64,000 nucleotides of DNA from Bacteroidales bacterium (GTDB taxonomy: Bacteria > Bacteroidota > Bacteroidia > Bacteroidales > F082), in NCBI GenBank assembly GCA_024400305.1, contig JAKSMX010000010.1, positions 18,283-82,282 of the forward strand, written 5' to 3'. The position numbers and the translations under genes were made by a program. Shown piece after piece: positions 20,292-30,769 of this stretch (its first letter is position 1; each line of letters starts with the position of its first letter). A model generated the notes under the pieces. It was not told the origin of the DNA. It did not search any database and saw only the letters and a list, made by a program, of their open reading frames with translations.

Positions 20292-23200
20292 TTATTTTAT
20301 TATTATTTTTTGCGTTTTTCCATTAATATTAATAAGGTATATGCCCGTTCCTTTATCAGAAATGTCAACTTTCACATTCCGCGAAGCGTTTTCATTTTCA
20401 TAAACCATCTGGCCGAGAGAATTGAAAATTCTGACAACATTCTGATTATCATCAAGATTCAAGACAAATATTCCATTATTAGGATTCGGATAAATCATCA
20501 CATCATCTTGATTGTCAATGTTTTCGGCAACATTCATTATGACGGTTGAATTTATCGGGAACATCACATTGTCGATGAAAGCAGCATCGAGGCCAAACTG
20601 CCCCGACTTCGATTTGTCGTAACGCCATTCGAGTTCATGTGTGCCGGCATCCAAGTTATAAGTCTTTAATTGCCAATCCATTTCGCCTGACCAGCGGTCT
20701 TTCATTTCACCGTCAACATAAAACACGAAATAATCGCGCTTGTTTTCCGTTGAAGTCTTGAAATAGAATGACACATTCCCGGATTCATAAACTTCCACAT
20801 TGATAATCAACGATGTAATCTCATCATCATCAATAATCCCGGAACGAGCCGAGAACGTTCCCTCGTAGGCATCAGAATCGGTTACGAACCAATCCGTGTC
20901 ACCGGCCGGTTCCCATTCAAGCTTTGAGAAATCGCCGGTTTCGAAGTCATCCATAAGATAACCCACTGTCATTGTGTAAGTTGACAACGAGACATATTTC
21001 CCGCACTGCGCCGTCGCGTTGAACTTCACGATGGTGCTGTTCGGGACGTTTTCATCAACATGAAAAACAAATTCCGCCGTAATCTCTTCATTCTCTTGAA
21101 TTTGCGGATATAAAATCATCGGCGTTTCTATTGTCACCAATTCGTTGTCCGCCTCAATATTCAATTCGGCATTTTCAGCGATAACGGAACCGAAGTTCTT
21201 GGCAAGCACTGTCAAGACACCGTTTTCGCCAGGCTCGACAACTCCGTTTCCGTTGCCGTCAAGTTCTTCCGATGAAATCGAAAGTATCTGAATATCAGGT
21301 GCTGACGCCTTGAATCCGAAGGAGTTGTACCAGTATCCGGTCGCATCGTTTGACGTGACGTTGAGAGTTATCGGCCAGCCGTTCGGGACATCCAGGTTCA
21401 TGCAGATTCCGAAGGCATCGAAAATAGTGTCAACAGACAGAGCGTCAATGTTTTGCATATCGGCTTCAATCTTCGTGAACCTGAAATATTCCGGTGCGCA
21501 GCACTGGACAGCTGCATGAACGTCGTTTGCCTGAGCCGCCCCCCAGTTTCTCAAAACGAGGTCGAAGGAGACGTTTTCGCCGGACTCAATTTTACCGTCG
21601 CCGTCTTCATCATTGGCAATCAATTTATAAGGTTTCACGAAAGTCGTGTTTTCGTCGATGCAATCAATTACGCGGCTTTGCGGGAACGAGTTCATCCCTG
21701 TCACCGTCAATGAAAGCTGGTCAACGAAATCAACGGGGCGTGAAAGCGTCACGGTGGCGTTTCCGGTTTCGTCAGTCACCGCCTCGCCGAGTTTTTCATC
21801 ATAATAATATATGCTGCAACGGAAATTCTTCAATGGCTGTCCGTCATGCGAGACGTAAATCTCATTCACCGTCTCGCCCGGAAGCATCGCCGGCCTGAAC
21901 TTCACCGCCGCCTCGAAAGGCTCGTCGTGCCAAGGACTTACGGCGACGTCGCCGAGGACGTTGAGGTCATAGAAATTCCATCTCAACGCTCCCTCCTCAT
22001 ACTGTCCGGGGGCGGTGACCCACGGCGCGGTCTGGCATTTTCCTTCGCTGAACGCCATTCCGAGGTACGGGATGCGTTCATTCCAGAAAGCGTCCGTCAT
22101 CTCCCTCTGAAGATGGCAGGAGGGACCTTCCGTCTGACCTTCGTTGAACCAGCCGTAACGTGAGTTCCCAATCACCGAAACCGCGAAATTCTCAATAGTC
22201 ACAAGTCTTTCCATGACGCTGCCATGATCGAAGGCGGCGCAGTCGCAGCCATGCGAATGAAAGAAAGTGTAATTGTGGTCAACACCGTTGGCGCCAGAGA
22301 AAAAACTCGCAGACACACTTGAACCATACCATCCCGCGACGTAATCGCTGTTGGCGTGGCCGGCATGATGAACATAGCCGCAGCCCGCATTGATGGCGTT
22401 GCGCAGATTCGTGCCGCTCCAGTTGCCGTCTTCATCGTAGATACGCACGAAATCGTAGTCTTCATCAATGCCGACTGTCGTATAGCCGTTGTCATCGTGT
22501 TCGCCAATCAAAAGTTCGAGATACTGACTGCCTTGAGTATAAGGATAATCGTAAAGTTTCTCGCCACCCAAAACGACAGTCCGGAATTCTCCAAGCACAG
22601 GAACTTGCTGATACTTAACGGTTTTATTCAGAATATTGGCGAGTTGTGTTTCATTGTTGAACGGCATTCTCGCAATGCCTATTTCCGGATAAAGGTCATC
22701 TTCGCCAGGCTCTGCCCAGCGGTCGTTGCCGTTGTCGTTCCATGTCCCGTCAAGGCCTGAATAATAAAGGTCGGACGGTATTCCGTTGTCGATGTTATGG
22801 CTTCCGCCGGAAAGCACGTCACAATAGAAACCGCGGAACGGCACCAATGCGACATCGCCCCCGAGAAGCACCATCAAAATGTCATTATCCTGATATTCTT
22901 GAATGATGAAATTACGGATTTTCTCCTGATTGTCAACACCTTGTATCGAAGAACAAATTGACTCAACCGAAACGACATTGGTCCTGATGTCAAGATAACG
23001 ATAGAACTGAACGTAACTGTCAAAGTTTGAAACATATTGTTCCGGCGTAATCACAAGAAGCTCATAGCCTTGCAGTGATTTCGAGTCGTCTTTTGCATAA
23101 AAATCAAGCATTTCCGGATTCTGCACGAGCGACTTGACTTTATTAATGACTTGTGGGCGCGATGAAAGCATCTTTGAATCCGACCTCTCGTCTTTACAAG

Positions 23201-23705
23201 TGTTGATTTTTACATTTACAGTCTTGGCAATCAGCACTTTACCTTCAGACGGAATATATTTCACAGGTGTGAAAGATGACACAGCGACAGAATATCCGTT
23301 TACATATTGCGTAGTCAGAACACCTTGATTTTCAGTAGGATAAACATCTTTTGAAGAATAAACCGCTTCATCTTTGTAAAATGTCTTACGTTCCACGTCG
23401 TTATAAGTCCTTGAAGGCTGATACGGATACAGATTATAATCACCATTAATTTCTTGAAAATCAGACATTTCAACTTCCATTGATTCGGCTTTTGTTCCCT
23501 GTGGAAGCAGCAACGTCACCGAATGCCACGGCAATGACGGCTGCCCGGCGAGTGCCGACTGCATACAATCTTTCAACTCAATTTGAGTATAGCCCTCGAT
23601 TGATCTAACATTATGTTTATCAACACAATAAGTCTTCTCAACTATCTGTGCATCCAACAAAAACGCACATAAAAACAATACAAATGATAACGTTATTTTT
23701 TTCAT
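20292..23705 (-). CDS. peptidase C25 (gingipain-like), T9SS cargo, paralog 3
   Basis: Start taken at MKKITLSFVLFLCAFLLDAQ. Motifs VHHAGHANSDYVAGW and FFHSHGCDCAAFDH. T9SS tail YPNPNNGIFVLNL...GIYLININGKTQKIIIK. Confidence 0.8.
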   Translation of the reverse strand: MKKITLSFVLFLCAFLLDAQIVEKTYCVDKHNVRSIEGYTQIELKDCMQSALAGQPSLPWHSVTLLLPQGTKAESMEVEMSDFQEINGDYNLYPYQPSRTYNDVERKTFYKDEAVYSSKDVYPTENQGVLTTQYVNGYSVAVSSFTPVKYIPSEGKVLIAKTVNVKINTCKDERSDSKMLSSRPQVINKVKSLVQNPEMLDFYAKDDSKSLQGYELLVITPEQYVSNFDSYVQFYRYLDIRTNVVSVESICSSIQGVDNQEKIRNFIIQEYQDNDILMVLLGGDVALVPFRGFYCDVLSGGSHNIDNGIPSDLYYSGLDGTWNDNGNDRWAEPGEDDLYPEIGIARMPFNNETQLANILNKTVKYQQVPVLGEFRTVVLGGEKLYDYPYTQGSQYLELLIGEHDDNGYTTVGIDEDYDFVRIYDEDGNWSGTNLRNAINAGCGYVHHAGHANSDYVAGWYGSSVSASFFSGANGVDHNYTFFHSHGCDCAAFDHGSVMERLVTIENFAVSVIGNSRYGWFNEGQTEGPSCHLQREMTDAFWNERIPYLGMAFSEGKCQTAPWVTAPGQYEEGALRWNFYDLNVLGDVAVSPWHDEPFEAAVKFRPAMLPGETVNEIYVSHDGQPLKNFRCSIYYYDEKLGEAVTDETGNATVTLSRPVDFVDQLSLTVTGMNSFPQSRVIDCIDENTTFVKPYKLIANDEDGDGKIESGENVSFDLVLRNWGAAQANDVHAAVQCCAPEYFRFTKIEADMQNIDALSVDTIFDAFGICMNLDVPNGWPITLNVTSNDATGYWYNSFGFKASAPDIQILSISSEELDGNGNGVVEPGENGVLTVLAKNFGSVIAENAELNIEADNELVTIETPMILYPQIQENEEITAEFVFHVDENVPNSTIVKFNATAQCGKYVSLSTYTMTVGYLMDDFETGDFSKLEWEPAGDTDWFVTDSDAYEGTFSARSGIIDDDEITSLIINVEVYESGNVSFYFKTSTENKRDYFVFYVDGEMKDRWSGEMDWQLKTYNLDAGTHELEWRYDKSKSGQFGLDAAFIDNVMFPINSTVIMNVAENIDNQDDVMIYPNPNNGIFVLNLDDNQNVVRIFNSLGQMVYENENASRNVKVDISDKGTGIYLININGKTQKIIIK

Positions 23706-24025
23706 TATTTTCGTATAAAAAACAGGCAAAAATACAAAAAATATGAATTGACCTGCTTAATATTAAATAAAATAAGTACCGCCCGCGGACATTAATTATC
23801 TCACGAAAGTCATTTTGCTTTTAACACCTTATTTCCGGCGTGAAAATCAGAGAGTCAGCGAACATGATTTTTCACAAATTTCAAGAATCTGGCAGGTAAA
23901 ATGTATATTTTAATTTACAAATACAACAAAACCAATTGATTATCACCAAAATAAAAAATATCAATTTTCCAAAAAATAATTTTAAATGTAAAAAAAAATT
24001 AACCTGAACATATTACATTATTTGG

Positions 24026-24033
24026 TAATTTTG
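24026..24033 (+). promoter_or_regulatory. -7 promoter box TAATTTTG upstream of the GH3 gene
   Basis: TAnnTTTG match 24 nt upstream of ATG 24057, inside a 327-bp AT-rich divergent intergenic region. Confidence 0.4.
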
Positions 24034-24056
24034 TTGGAAATTTTAATTCAGGAAAA

Positions 24057-26339
24057 ATGAGAAGACATACAGTCATATTGTTTGCATTGATGTTTTTGGT
24101 TAGTTGTTCGTCACCAAAGTCAGATGATATTGATTCCAAAGTAGAATCTCTGCTCAGCCAGATGACTGTAAATGAAAAAGTTGGGCAATTATGTTGTCCG
24201 ATTGGCTTCAATTTTTACGAAAAAACGAATGACAGCACTGTGCTACCGAATGAAGCATTCATAAAAATGTGGGACACCTTGCAATGCGGCGGATTTTACG
24301 GTGTCCTCCGCGCCGACCCGTGGTCGGAAAAAACAATCAAGACCGGACTTAACGATTTGCAATCAGCATTGATTTTCAATAAAATACAACGTTACGCAAT
24401 AGAAAATTCACGGCTTGGGATTCCGATTTATTTCGCAGAGGAATGCGTTCACGGTCACATGGCGATTGGTTCCGACGTTTATCCGACGGGGCTGTGTCAG
24501 GCTGCGACATGGGACGAGGAGTTGCTGTACAAAGTCGGCGATGCCGTCGGCGCTTCGGCAGCTTCCCGCGGAGCGCAATTCGCCTACGGCCCTGTTCTCG
24601 ACATCGCCCGCGACCCACGATGGTCACGGGTGGAAGAATGTCTCGGCGAAGACCCGTTTTTATCAGGAACATTAGGTTCTGCCATCGTCAAAGGCATTCA
24701 GAATCACTGCGGTAGCACACTGAAACACTTCGCCGCATACGGCATCCCTGAAGGCGGGCATAACGGAGCCGAAACTGAAGTCGGCAGACAGAAACTACTT
24801 TCAGATTACATCTCCAACTTCAAGATGGCAATTGACAACGGAGCGAAAAGCATAATGACATCATACAACGCCATCGACGGAATCCCTTGCAGCTCAAACA
24901 CTTGGCTGTTAAAAGACATACTCATGGAGCAATGGGGCTTTGACGGCGTGGTTTTTTCAGACCTCGGCAGCATCTGGGCACTTCACAGCACTCACAGGAC
25001 AGCCAAAAGCCAACTTGACGCAACGGCCCAGGCCATCAACGCCGGAGTTGACATCGACCTCGGCGCATCCAACTACGGCGCATTCCTCGAAGATGCAGTG
25101 AGCAAGGGACTTGTATCTATGGAGATACTCGACGACGCCGTGAGAAGAGTGTTGAGATTCAAGTACGAATCCGGGCTTTTTGACAACCCGTATCTTCCGT
25201 TGCCGATTGATAACCACAACGATTTTGGCAAAGAAAACCTCCCGCTGGAAGTCGCCCGCGAAGGCATCGTGCTGCTGAAAAACAACGACATCCTGCCCCT
25301 TTCAAAAGACATCAAAAACATCGCCGTCATCGGGCCGAACGCCGACAACACATACAACCAACTCGGCGATTACACCGCCCCGCAAGATGACGAAAAAATC
25401 GTGACCGTCCTTGAAGGGATCCGCAGCCACGTTTCGCCTTGCACCAACGTCATTTATGCGAAAGGATGCCCGGTGCGCGACACTGCCGACGCCGACTTTG
25501 ATTCAGCAATGTCAGCCGCAAAACAGTCCGACGTCGTCGTCTTAGTAGTGGGCGGTTCTTCCGCCCGCGACTTCAAGACTTCGCACAAATCAACCGTCAC
25601 CGCCATAGTAAACGATTACATCTCAGACATGGACTGCGGTGAAGGCTACGACCGCGCAACACTCTCGTTATCAGGACTTCAAGAACAATTAATAAAAATA
25701 ATTTCAACGACAAAAAAACCGCTTGTCATTGTATATATCGAAGGCCGCCCGATGCTGAAAAACACTGCTGTTGAGAGAGGCGATGCCGTCATGACAGCGT
25801 TCTATCCCGGACAGGAAGGCGGCAACGCCATCGCCGACATCATCTTCGGCGACTACAATCCGGCGGGACGACTTCCAATTTCACAACCACGCAGCGAAGG
25901 ACAAATCCCCGTTTATTATTCACAACCAAACCAACACGATTACCTGGATTGCGAAAGCACGCCGCTTTTCCCGTTCGGCTACGGGTTGAGCTACACTGAA
26001 TTTGAATATGACAACTTGAAAATCAATGCGGAAGACTCACAAAACGTTGCGGTGACATTTGACGTGACCAACATCGGGAAATTTGACGGAGACGAGGTCG
26101 TGCAACTTTATATACGTGATGAATTTGCATCGGTCGCGCCACCCGAAAAAATTCTCAAAGGATTCAGAAGGATTCACTTGAAACATAATGAAACACAAAC
26201 AGTTACATTCACATTGCGACAAGAGGACTTCTGCTTTATCAACAGCAATTTAGAGCAGGTTTTCGAATCAGGCGACTTTACCGTCATGATCGGAGCATCG
26301 TCAGACGACATCAGGCTAAAACAAATCATAAACTTATAG
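24057..26339 (+). CDS. bglX: glycoside hydrolase family 3 beta-glucosidase-like lipoprotein
   Basis: Lipobox FLVSCSS. GH3 motifs SRLGIPIYFAEECVHG, KHFAAYG and GFDGVVFSDLGS. C-terminal Fn3-like domain. Confidence 0.85.
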   Translation: MRRHTVILFALMFLVSCSSPKSDDIDSKVESLLSQMTVNEKVGQLCCPIGFNFYEKTNDSTVLPNEAFIKMWDTLQCGGFYGVLRADPWSEKTIKTGLNDLQSALIFNKIQRYAIENSRLGIPIYFAEECVHGHMAIGSDVYPTGLCQAATWDEELLYKVGDAVGASAASRGAQFAYGPVLDIARDPRWSRVEECLGEDPFLSGTLGSAIVKGIQNHCGSTLKHFAAYGIPEGGHNGAETEVGRQKLLSDYISNFKMAIDNGAKSIMTSYNAIDGIPCSSNTWLLKDILMEQWGFDGVVFSDLGSIWALHSTHRTAKSQLDATAQAINAGVDIDLGASNYGAFLEDAVSKGLVSMEILDDAVRRVLRFKYESGLFDNPYLPLPIDNHNDFGKENLPLEVAREGIVLLKNNDILPLSKDIKNIAVIGPNADNTYNQLGDYTAPQDDEKIVTVLEGIRSHVSPCTNVIYAKGCPVRDTADADFDSAMSAAKQSDVVVLVVGGSSARDFKTSHKSTVTAIVNDYISDMDCGEGYDRATLSLSGLQEQLIKIISTTKKPLVIVYIEGRPMLKNTAVERGDAVMTAFYPGQEGGNAIADIIFGDYNPAGRLPISQPRSEGQIPVYYSQPNQHDYLDCESTPLFPFGYGLSYTEFEYDNLKINAEDSQNVAVTFDVTNIGKFDGDEVVQLYIRDEFASVAPPEKILKGFRRIHLKHNETQTVTFTLRQEDFCFINSNLEQVFESGDFTVMIGASSDDIRLKQIINL

Positions 26340-26366
26340 GATTCTATTTTTTAATATCTTTGCGAC

Positions 26367-27692
26367 ATGGAAATGCTTATTCTCGTAAATAAAAAAACAA
26401 ACAGGCTATATTACATCTTTGAATTGATTTTCAAAGACTTACTTGGAATAAATTTCAAAATCACTACGGACAATGAAGTCTTCACATCATACGACGGACC
26501 GAAATTTCATTACGGCGACAACCAGTTTTGGAGCGAGCCATTTCAAAAAGCTTCAGGTCTGCTTTACGAACGAAACATCCACAGCATCCAGGACAGTGAG
26601 TTGAAAATCATCGACCACAACGATACGAAAGTGATTTTCCCTGTTTACAATGACAAATCGATGTTCCCGTTTGACCCATTCGCCGCATCGTTTTATTTGG
26701 TTTCACGCTACGAAGAATATCTTCCACATGTCCGCGACAAATACAACAGATTCCAGGCCAAGGATTCCATCTTATTCAAAATGAATATGTTAGAAAAGCC
26801 TTTGGTTAATATATGGACTAATGAAATTGGTGACAAACTAAAGGAATTTTATCCTGAAATGCAATTCAAGAAAAGGTCTTTCACTTTCGTCCCGACCTAC
26901 GACATCGATGCGGCTTGGGCATATAAAAACAAAGGCATAGTCAGGACAGTGGCGGCAACCATACGAGACCTCGTGAATTTGGATTTCAAGGAAATTGAAA
27001 CGAGGACACACGTCCTCACCAAAAAGAAAAAAGACCCGTTCGACACGTTTGACAATCAAATAAAATGGCAAAAAGAATTAAAACTGCGTCCGATATATTT
27101 CATCCTATGTGGTGAATATGATTCGTACGACAAAAATGTGCCATTGAAAAACATTGATTTTCAAAATCTTATAAAACGACTCGGCGATTATGCAGATGTC
27201 GGGATTCATCCTTCATTCGCATCATTCCTCAACGTCGGGAAAATGAAAACGGAGATTCAGAATCTATCAAAAGTCCTAAAGCGTGAGATTACGAAAAGCC
27301 GTCAGCATTTTTTGAGACTGAGACTTCCGGAAAGCTATGAAAAGCTAATACAACTCGACATAACTGACGATTACACAATGGGTTACGCCTCGCAGGTCGG
27401 TTTCCGTGCAGGCATCGCCGACACTTTCCGTTTCTTCGACCTCGCACAAGACAGCAGCACAAACCTCTACATCCACCCGTTTGCGGTAATGGACGGCACC
27501 TTGCGCGACTACCTTGACTTGGACTGTGAGAAATCATTGGAAAAAGTCAAGGAACTCATCACGGAAGTGAAGAAAGTCAACGGGACATTCATACTGCTTT
27601 GGCACAACGAAACACTCAGCGGAGAAAAACGCTGGGTCGGTTGGGAAACATTATACGAAAACATTTTAAAATTTGCACTCGAAACAGAATGA
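26367..27692 (+). CDS. polysaccharide deacetylase-like protein
   Basis: Conserved Bacteroidota N-terminus MLILVNKKTNRLYYIFELIFKDLLGI, then FVPTYDIDAAW, GIHPSF and SRQHFLRL motifs. A TATCTTTG box at 26355-26362 lies only 5 nt upstream, so the start could be 26367 or 26373. Confidence 0.45.
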   Translation: MEMLILVNKKTNRLYYIFELIFKDLLGINFKITTDNEVFTSYDGPKFHYGDNQFWSEPFQKASGLLYERNIHSIQDSELKIIDHNDTKVIFPVYNDKSMFPFDPFAASFYLVSRYEEYLPHVRDKYNRFQAKDSILFKMNMLEKPLVNIWTNEIGDKLKEFYPEMQFKKRSFTFVPTYDIDAAWAYKNKGIVRTVAATIRDLVNLDFKEIETRTHVLTKKKKDPFDTFDNQIKWQKELKLRPIYFILCGEYDSYDKNVPLKNIDFQNLIKRLGDYADVGIHPSFASFLNVGKMKTEIQNLSKVLKREITKSRQHFLRLRLPESYEKLIQLDITDDYTMGYASQVGFRAGIADTFRFFDLAQDSSTNLYIHPFAVMDGTLRDYLDLDCEKSLEKVKELITEVKKVNGTFILLWHNETLSGEKRWVGWETLYENILKFALETE

Positions 27693-28618
27693 TATTTTAT
27701 CTGACTCATAATCAAATAGATACACAACGTTGGGACGAATGCATTTCAAATTCACCAAACGGAAACGTCTATGTCTGGTCTTGGTATCTCGACATCGTTC
27801 ACCCGAATTGGGATGCCTTGATTGAAGACGATTATGAGAGTGTCATGCCGTTGACAGGAAACCGCAAGTTCGGCATACATTATCTGTTTCAGCCGTTTTT
27901 CACACAACAACTCGGAATTTTTTCAAAGAAAAATTTGGACAAAGACAAAGTCCAGCAATTCATTGAAGCAATTCCGAATAAATTCAAGTTTGCCGAAACA
28001 CGTCTCAATTCAGGAAACAATTTCTTTGACAACTGTCAAAATATTGAATATCATATAAATACAGAATTAAATCTTTCATCAGATTATGATTCTTTGAGAA
28101 AAAATTACAACAGCAACACCAAACGTGACTTGGCGAAAGCGGAAAACGCCAATCTGAAAAATTCAGATGATGTTGAAACGACAGAAATCATCAGTCTCTT
28201 CAGGAAAAACAGAGGGAAATGCGTAAAACACTGGGGAGACGCTGAATATGAAAGGTTTCTGAATTTGGTAGATATTGCAAAAAGCAAAGGTCATTGTTTC
28301 GTGAAAGGCGTTAAAAACACTGACAACAAATTGGTCGCCGGGGCCGTTTTCATGGCAAGTCACGACAGGATTGTGTTTCTGTTTTCAGGGGCGGACGAAT
28401 CGAACAAAGAGATTCATGCACTTTCGTTCCTCATCGACAACGTGATAAAAGAGAACAGCGGCACACCGAAAATCTTCGATTTCGAAGGCTCGGACAATGA
28501 CGGATTGGCAAGATATTACAAGGGTTTCGGAGGACACGAGGTCAAATATCCGAGCCTGCATTTCAACAAAACGCAAGGAACGGTCAAATTTCTGTTAAAA
28601 ATTCTAAAAGGCAAGTAA
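27689..28618 (+). CDS. GNAT/FemAB-like acyltransferase-fold protein
   Basis: Internal start MIFYLTHNQIDTQRWDE overlaps the upstream stop (ATGA). Family assignment is from general resemblance only. Confidence 0.4.
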   Translation: MIFYLTHNQIDTQRWDECISNSPNGNVYVWSWYLDIVHPNWDALIEDDYESVMPLTGNRKFGIHYLFQPFFTQQLGIFSKKNLDKDKVQQFIEAIPNKFKFAETRLNSGNNFFDNCQNIEYHINTELNLSSDYDSLRKNYNSNTKRDLAKAENANLKNSDDVETTEIISLFRKNRGKCVKHWGDAEYERFLNLVDIAKSKGHCFVKGVKNTDNKLVAGAVFMASHDRIVFLFSGADESNKEIHALSFLIDNVIKENSGTPKIFDFEGSDNDGLARYYKGFGGHEVKYPSLHFNKTQGTVKFLLKILKGK

Positions 28619-28638
28619 AACCACTAAAATTCACAGAT

Positions 28639-29301
28639 ATGGTAAAAGTAATCGAATTAGGTGCGACAAACAGCATCATCAACAATTTCATAGCGGAATT
28701 AAGAAACGTTGATATTCATAATGACAGGATGCGTTTCCGCAGGAATCTCGAACGTATCGGGGAACTAATGGCATTTGAGATAAGCAAAACCCTTGATTAT
28801 AAAGATGTTAGCATCACAACACCGCTTGGTGTCAAAGAGACGAGAATATTGGCGAACCAAATTGTATTGGGGACGATTTTCCGTGCCGGCATACCATTCC
28901 ACCAAGGCTTCCTGAACATTTTCGACAACGCCGACAACGCATTCATCGGTGCATACAGGAAATACCAGAAAGGTGACGACTTTGACATCATGGTGGAATA
29001 TTGCGCCACATCTGACATTGAAAACAACGTCTTGATACTCACCGACCCGATGCTCGCATCCGGTTCATCACTAATCCATTGTATCAACAGACTGCTCGAA
29101 AACGGCGGCATACACCCGAAATCACTGCACCTTTCCGCAATCATCGCAAGCAAGGAAGGCGTTGATTATGTAAGGAATAACATCAACACCGATGCGACGC
29201 TCTGGGTCGGGGACATTGACGACGAACTCACAGCGAAATCGTATATCGTTCCCGGGCTGGGCGATGCCGGCGACTTGGCATACGGACCGAAGGGGGAATA
29301 G
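28639..29301 (+). CDS. upp: uracil phosphoribosyltransferase
   Basis: PRPP-binding loop LILTDPMLASGSS and a C-terminal YIVPGLGDAGDLAYG motif. Confidence 0.9.
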   Translation: MVKVIELGATNSIINNFIAELRNVDIHNDRMRFRRNLERIGELMAFEISKTLDYKDVSITTPLGVKETRILANQIVLGTIFRAGIPFHQGFLNIFDNADNAFIGAYRKYQKGDDFDIMVEYCATSDIENNVLILTDPMLASGSSLIHCINRLLENGGIHPKSLHLSAIIASKEGVDYVRNNINTDATLWVGDIDDELTAKSYIVPGLGDAGDLAYGPKGE

Positions 29302-29342
29302 AGAGGAGAGAGAAATAGATAATAAATAATTAACAAACAAGA

Positions 29343-29396
29343 GAACTGCGTAGCAGTTCCATATCCGTAGAACTGCGTAGCAGTTCCATATTCGTA
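29343..29396 (+). repeat. two abutting variant REP-like units GAACTGCGTAGCAGTTCCATAT(C/T)CGTA
   Basis: Copies at 29343-29369 and 29370-29396. The stem carries compensatory changes (CTGC/GCAG instead of CCGC/GCGG). The array ends 4 nt before ATG 29401. Confidence 0.9.
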
Positions 29397-29400
29397 AAAA

Positions 29401-30753
29401 ATGGCAGAAAAAAAGAAAAGGGATCATTTTGGTTCAAAAATCGGTATCATTGCGGCGGCGGTCGGATCGGCGGTCGGATTAGGTAACATTTACAGGTTTC
29501 CCTGCATGGCTGGCGAGAACGGCGGCGGGGCGTTCCTCATCGTATATCTTGGGATAGTGCTGGCACTCGGCCTCCCGATGATAGCCAGCGAATTTATGAT
29601 AGGAAGACGGGCGCAGAAAAATCCCGTCGGCGCATTCAAAGCCTTGGCTTCAGGCGCAAAAGGCTGGTCTATAATAGGTTACACCGGCGTGCTGTGCGGA
29701 TTCCTCATCCTCGCATTCTACACCACGGTGGCCGGTTGGACACTCGAATCTGTTTATAAATCAGTCATAAATTATTATCACGGGAAAGACCTCGCAACCA
29801 TCGAGCAGGGGTTCAACGATTCCATCAACCTGACTTTCAGGCCTTTGCTATGGCAGGCAGTGTTCATCTTCATCTCAGCTTTTGTCATCGCAAAAGGCAT
29901 CTCGAAAGGCATTGAGAAATATTCGAAAATTCTGATGCCGACACTCACAGTGATACTTATCATATTGTGTGTCAAATCGTTGATGTTGCCGGGGGCTTTT
30001 GAAGGCCTGAAGTTTCTTTTCAAGCCCGACTTCTCAAAAATCAATGATCAGGTGCTGATAAGCGCACTCGGACAGGCGTTCTTCTCGATGAGCCTCGGCA
30101 TGGGCGCTTTGATAACATACGGTTCGTATATCTCGAAAGAAGACAATCTCGTCACCACCTCGTTGACGGTCGGACTGTCGGACACCTTCGTCGCCATCCT
30201 CGCCGGCATCATCATCTTCCCGGCGGCGTTCTCGTTCGGCATACAGCCCGAAGCCGGACCGTCGCTGGCGTTCAACACCTTGCCGATGCTTTTCAACCAA
30301 ATGAAAGGCGGCTATTTATTCTGCCTCTTGTTCTTCATTCTTCTTGTCATAGCGGCATGGACATCAGCACTGTCGCTGCTCGAAGTCATAGTCTCTTACT
30401 TAATCGAAGAACTCAAGTTGTCACGACGGAAAGCCACAATATACAGTTCTGCCGGAGCATTCATTATCAGCATATTGGCAGCTTTGAGTCTGCATAATGA
30501 CAGCAGTCTCACCATTTTCGGACTCACCATTTTCGACGGCTTGGACAAAATAACCTCAATGGTGATGATGACCCTCGGCGGACTTTTCACCGTGATATTC
30601 TTGGGCTGGAAAGTAAAAAGACAAGACTTCGAGAACGAGTTCACCAACGGCGGAACCGTCAACATGCGATTGAGAAAGATTTTCTATTACATAATCAAAT
30701 TCATAGCACCCGCGGCGATTGCCGTCATCATGGTCAGCCAATTCATAATTTAA
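29401..30753 (+). CDS. sodium-dependent transporter (NSS/SNF family)
   Basis: GLGNIYRFPCMAGENGGGAFL signature and a multi-TM profile. Confidence 0.85.
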   Translation: MAEKKKRDHFGSKIGIIAAAVGSAVGLGNIYRFPCMAGENGGGAFLIVYLGIVLALGLPMIASEFMIGRRAQKNPVGAFKALASGAKGWSIIGYTGVLCGFLILAFYTTVAGWTLESVYKSVINYYHGKDLATIEQGFNDSINLTFRPLLWQAVFIFISAFVIAKGISKGIEKYSKILMPTLTVILIILCVKSLMLPGAFEGLKFLFKPDFSKINDQVLISALGQAFFSMSLGMGALITYGSYISKEDNLVTTSLTVGLSDTFVAILAGIIIFPAAFSFGIQPEAGPSLAFNTLPMLFNQMKGGYLFCLLFFILLVIAAWTSALSLLEVIVSYLIEELKLSRRKATIYSSAGAFIISILAALSLHNDSSLTIFGLTIFDGLDKITSMVMMTLGGLFTVIFLGWKVKRQDFENEFTNGGTVNMRLRKIFYYIIKFIAPAAIAVIMVSQFII

Positions 30754-30769
30754 AAGTCAGCAAACTTTT

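Noticed and set aside
23730-24056. A structured ncRNA or small gene in the 327-bp AT-rich gap between C25 paralog 3 and the GH3 gene
   Set aside because: No convincing stems, repeats or ORF were seen. It is best explained as a divergent promoter region.
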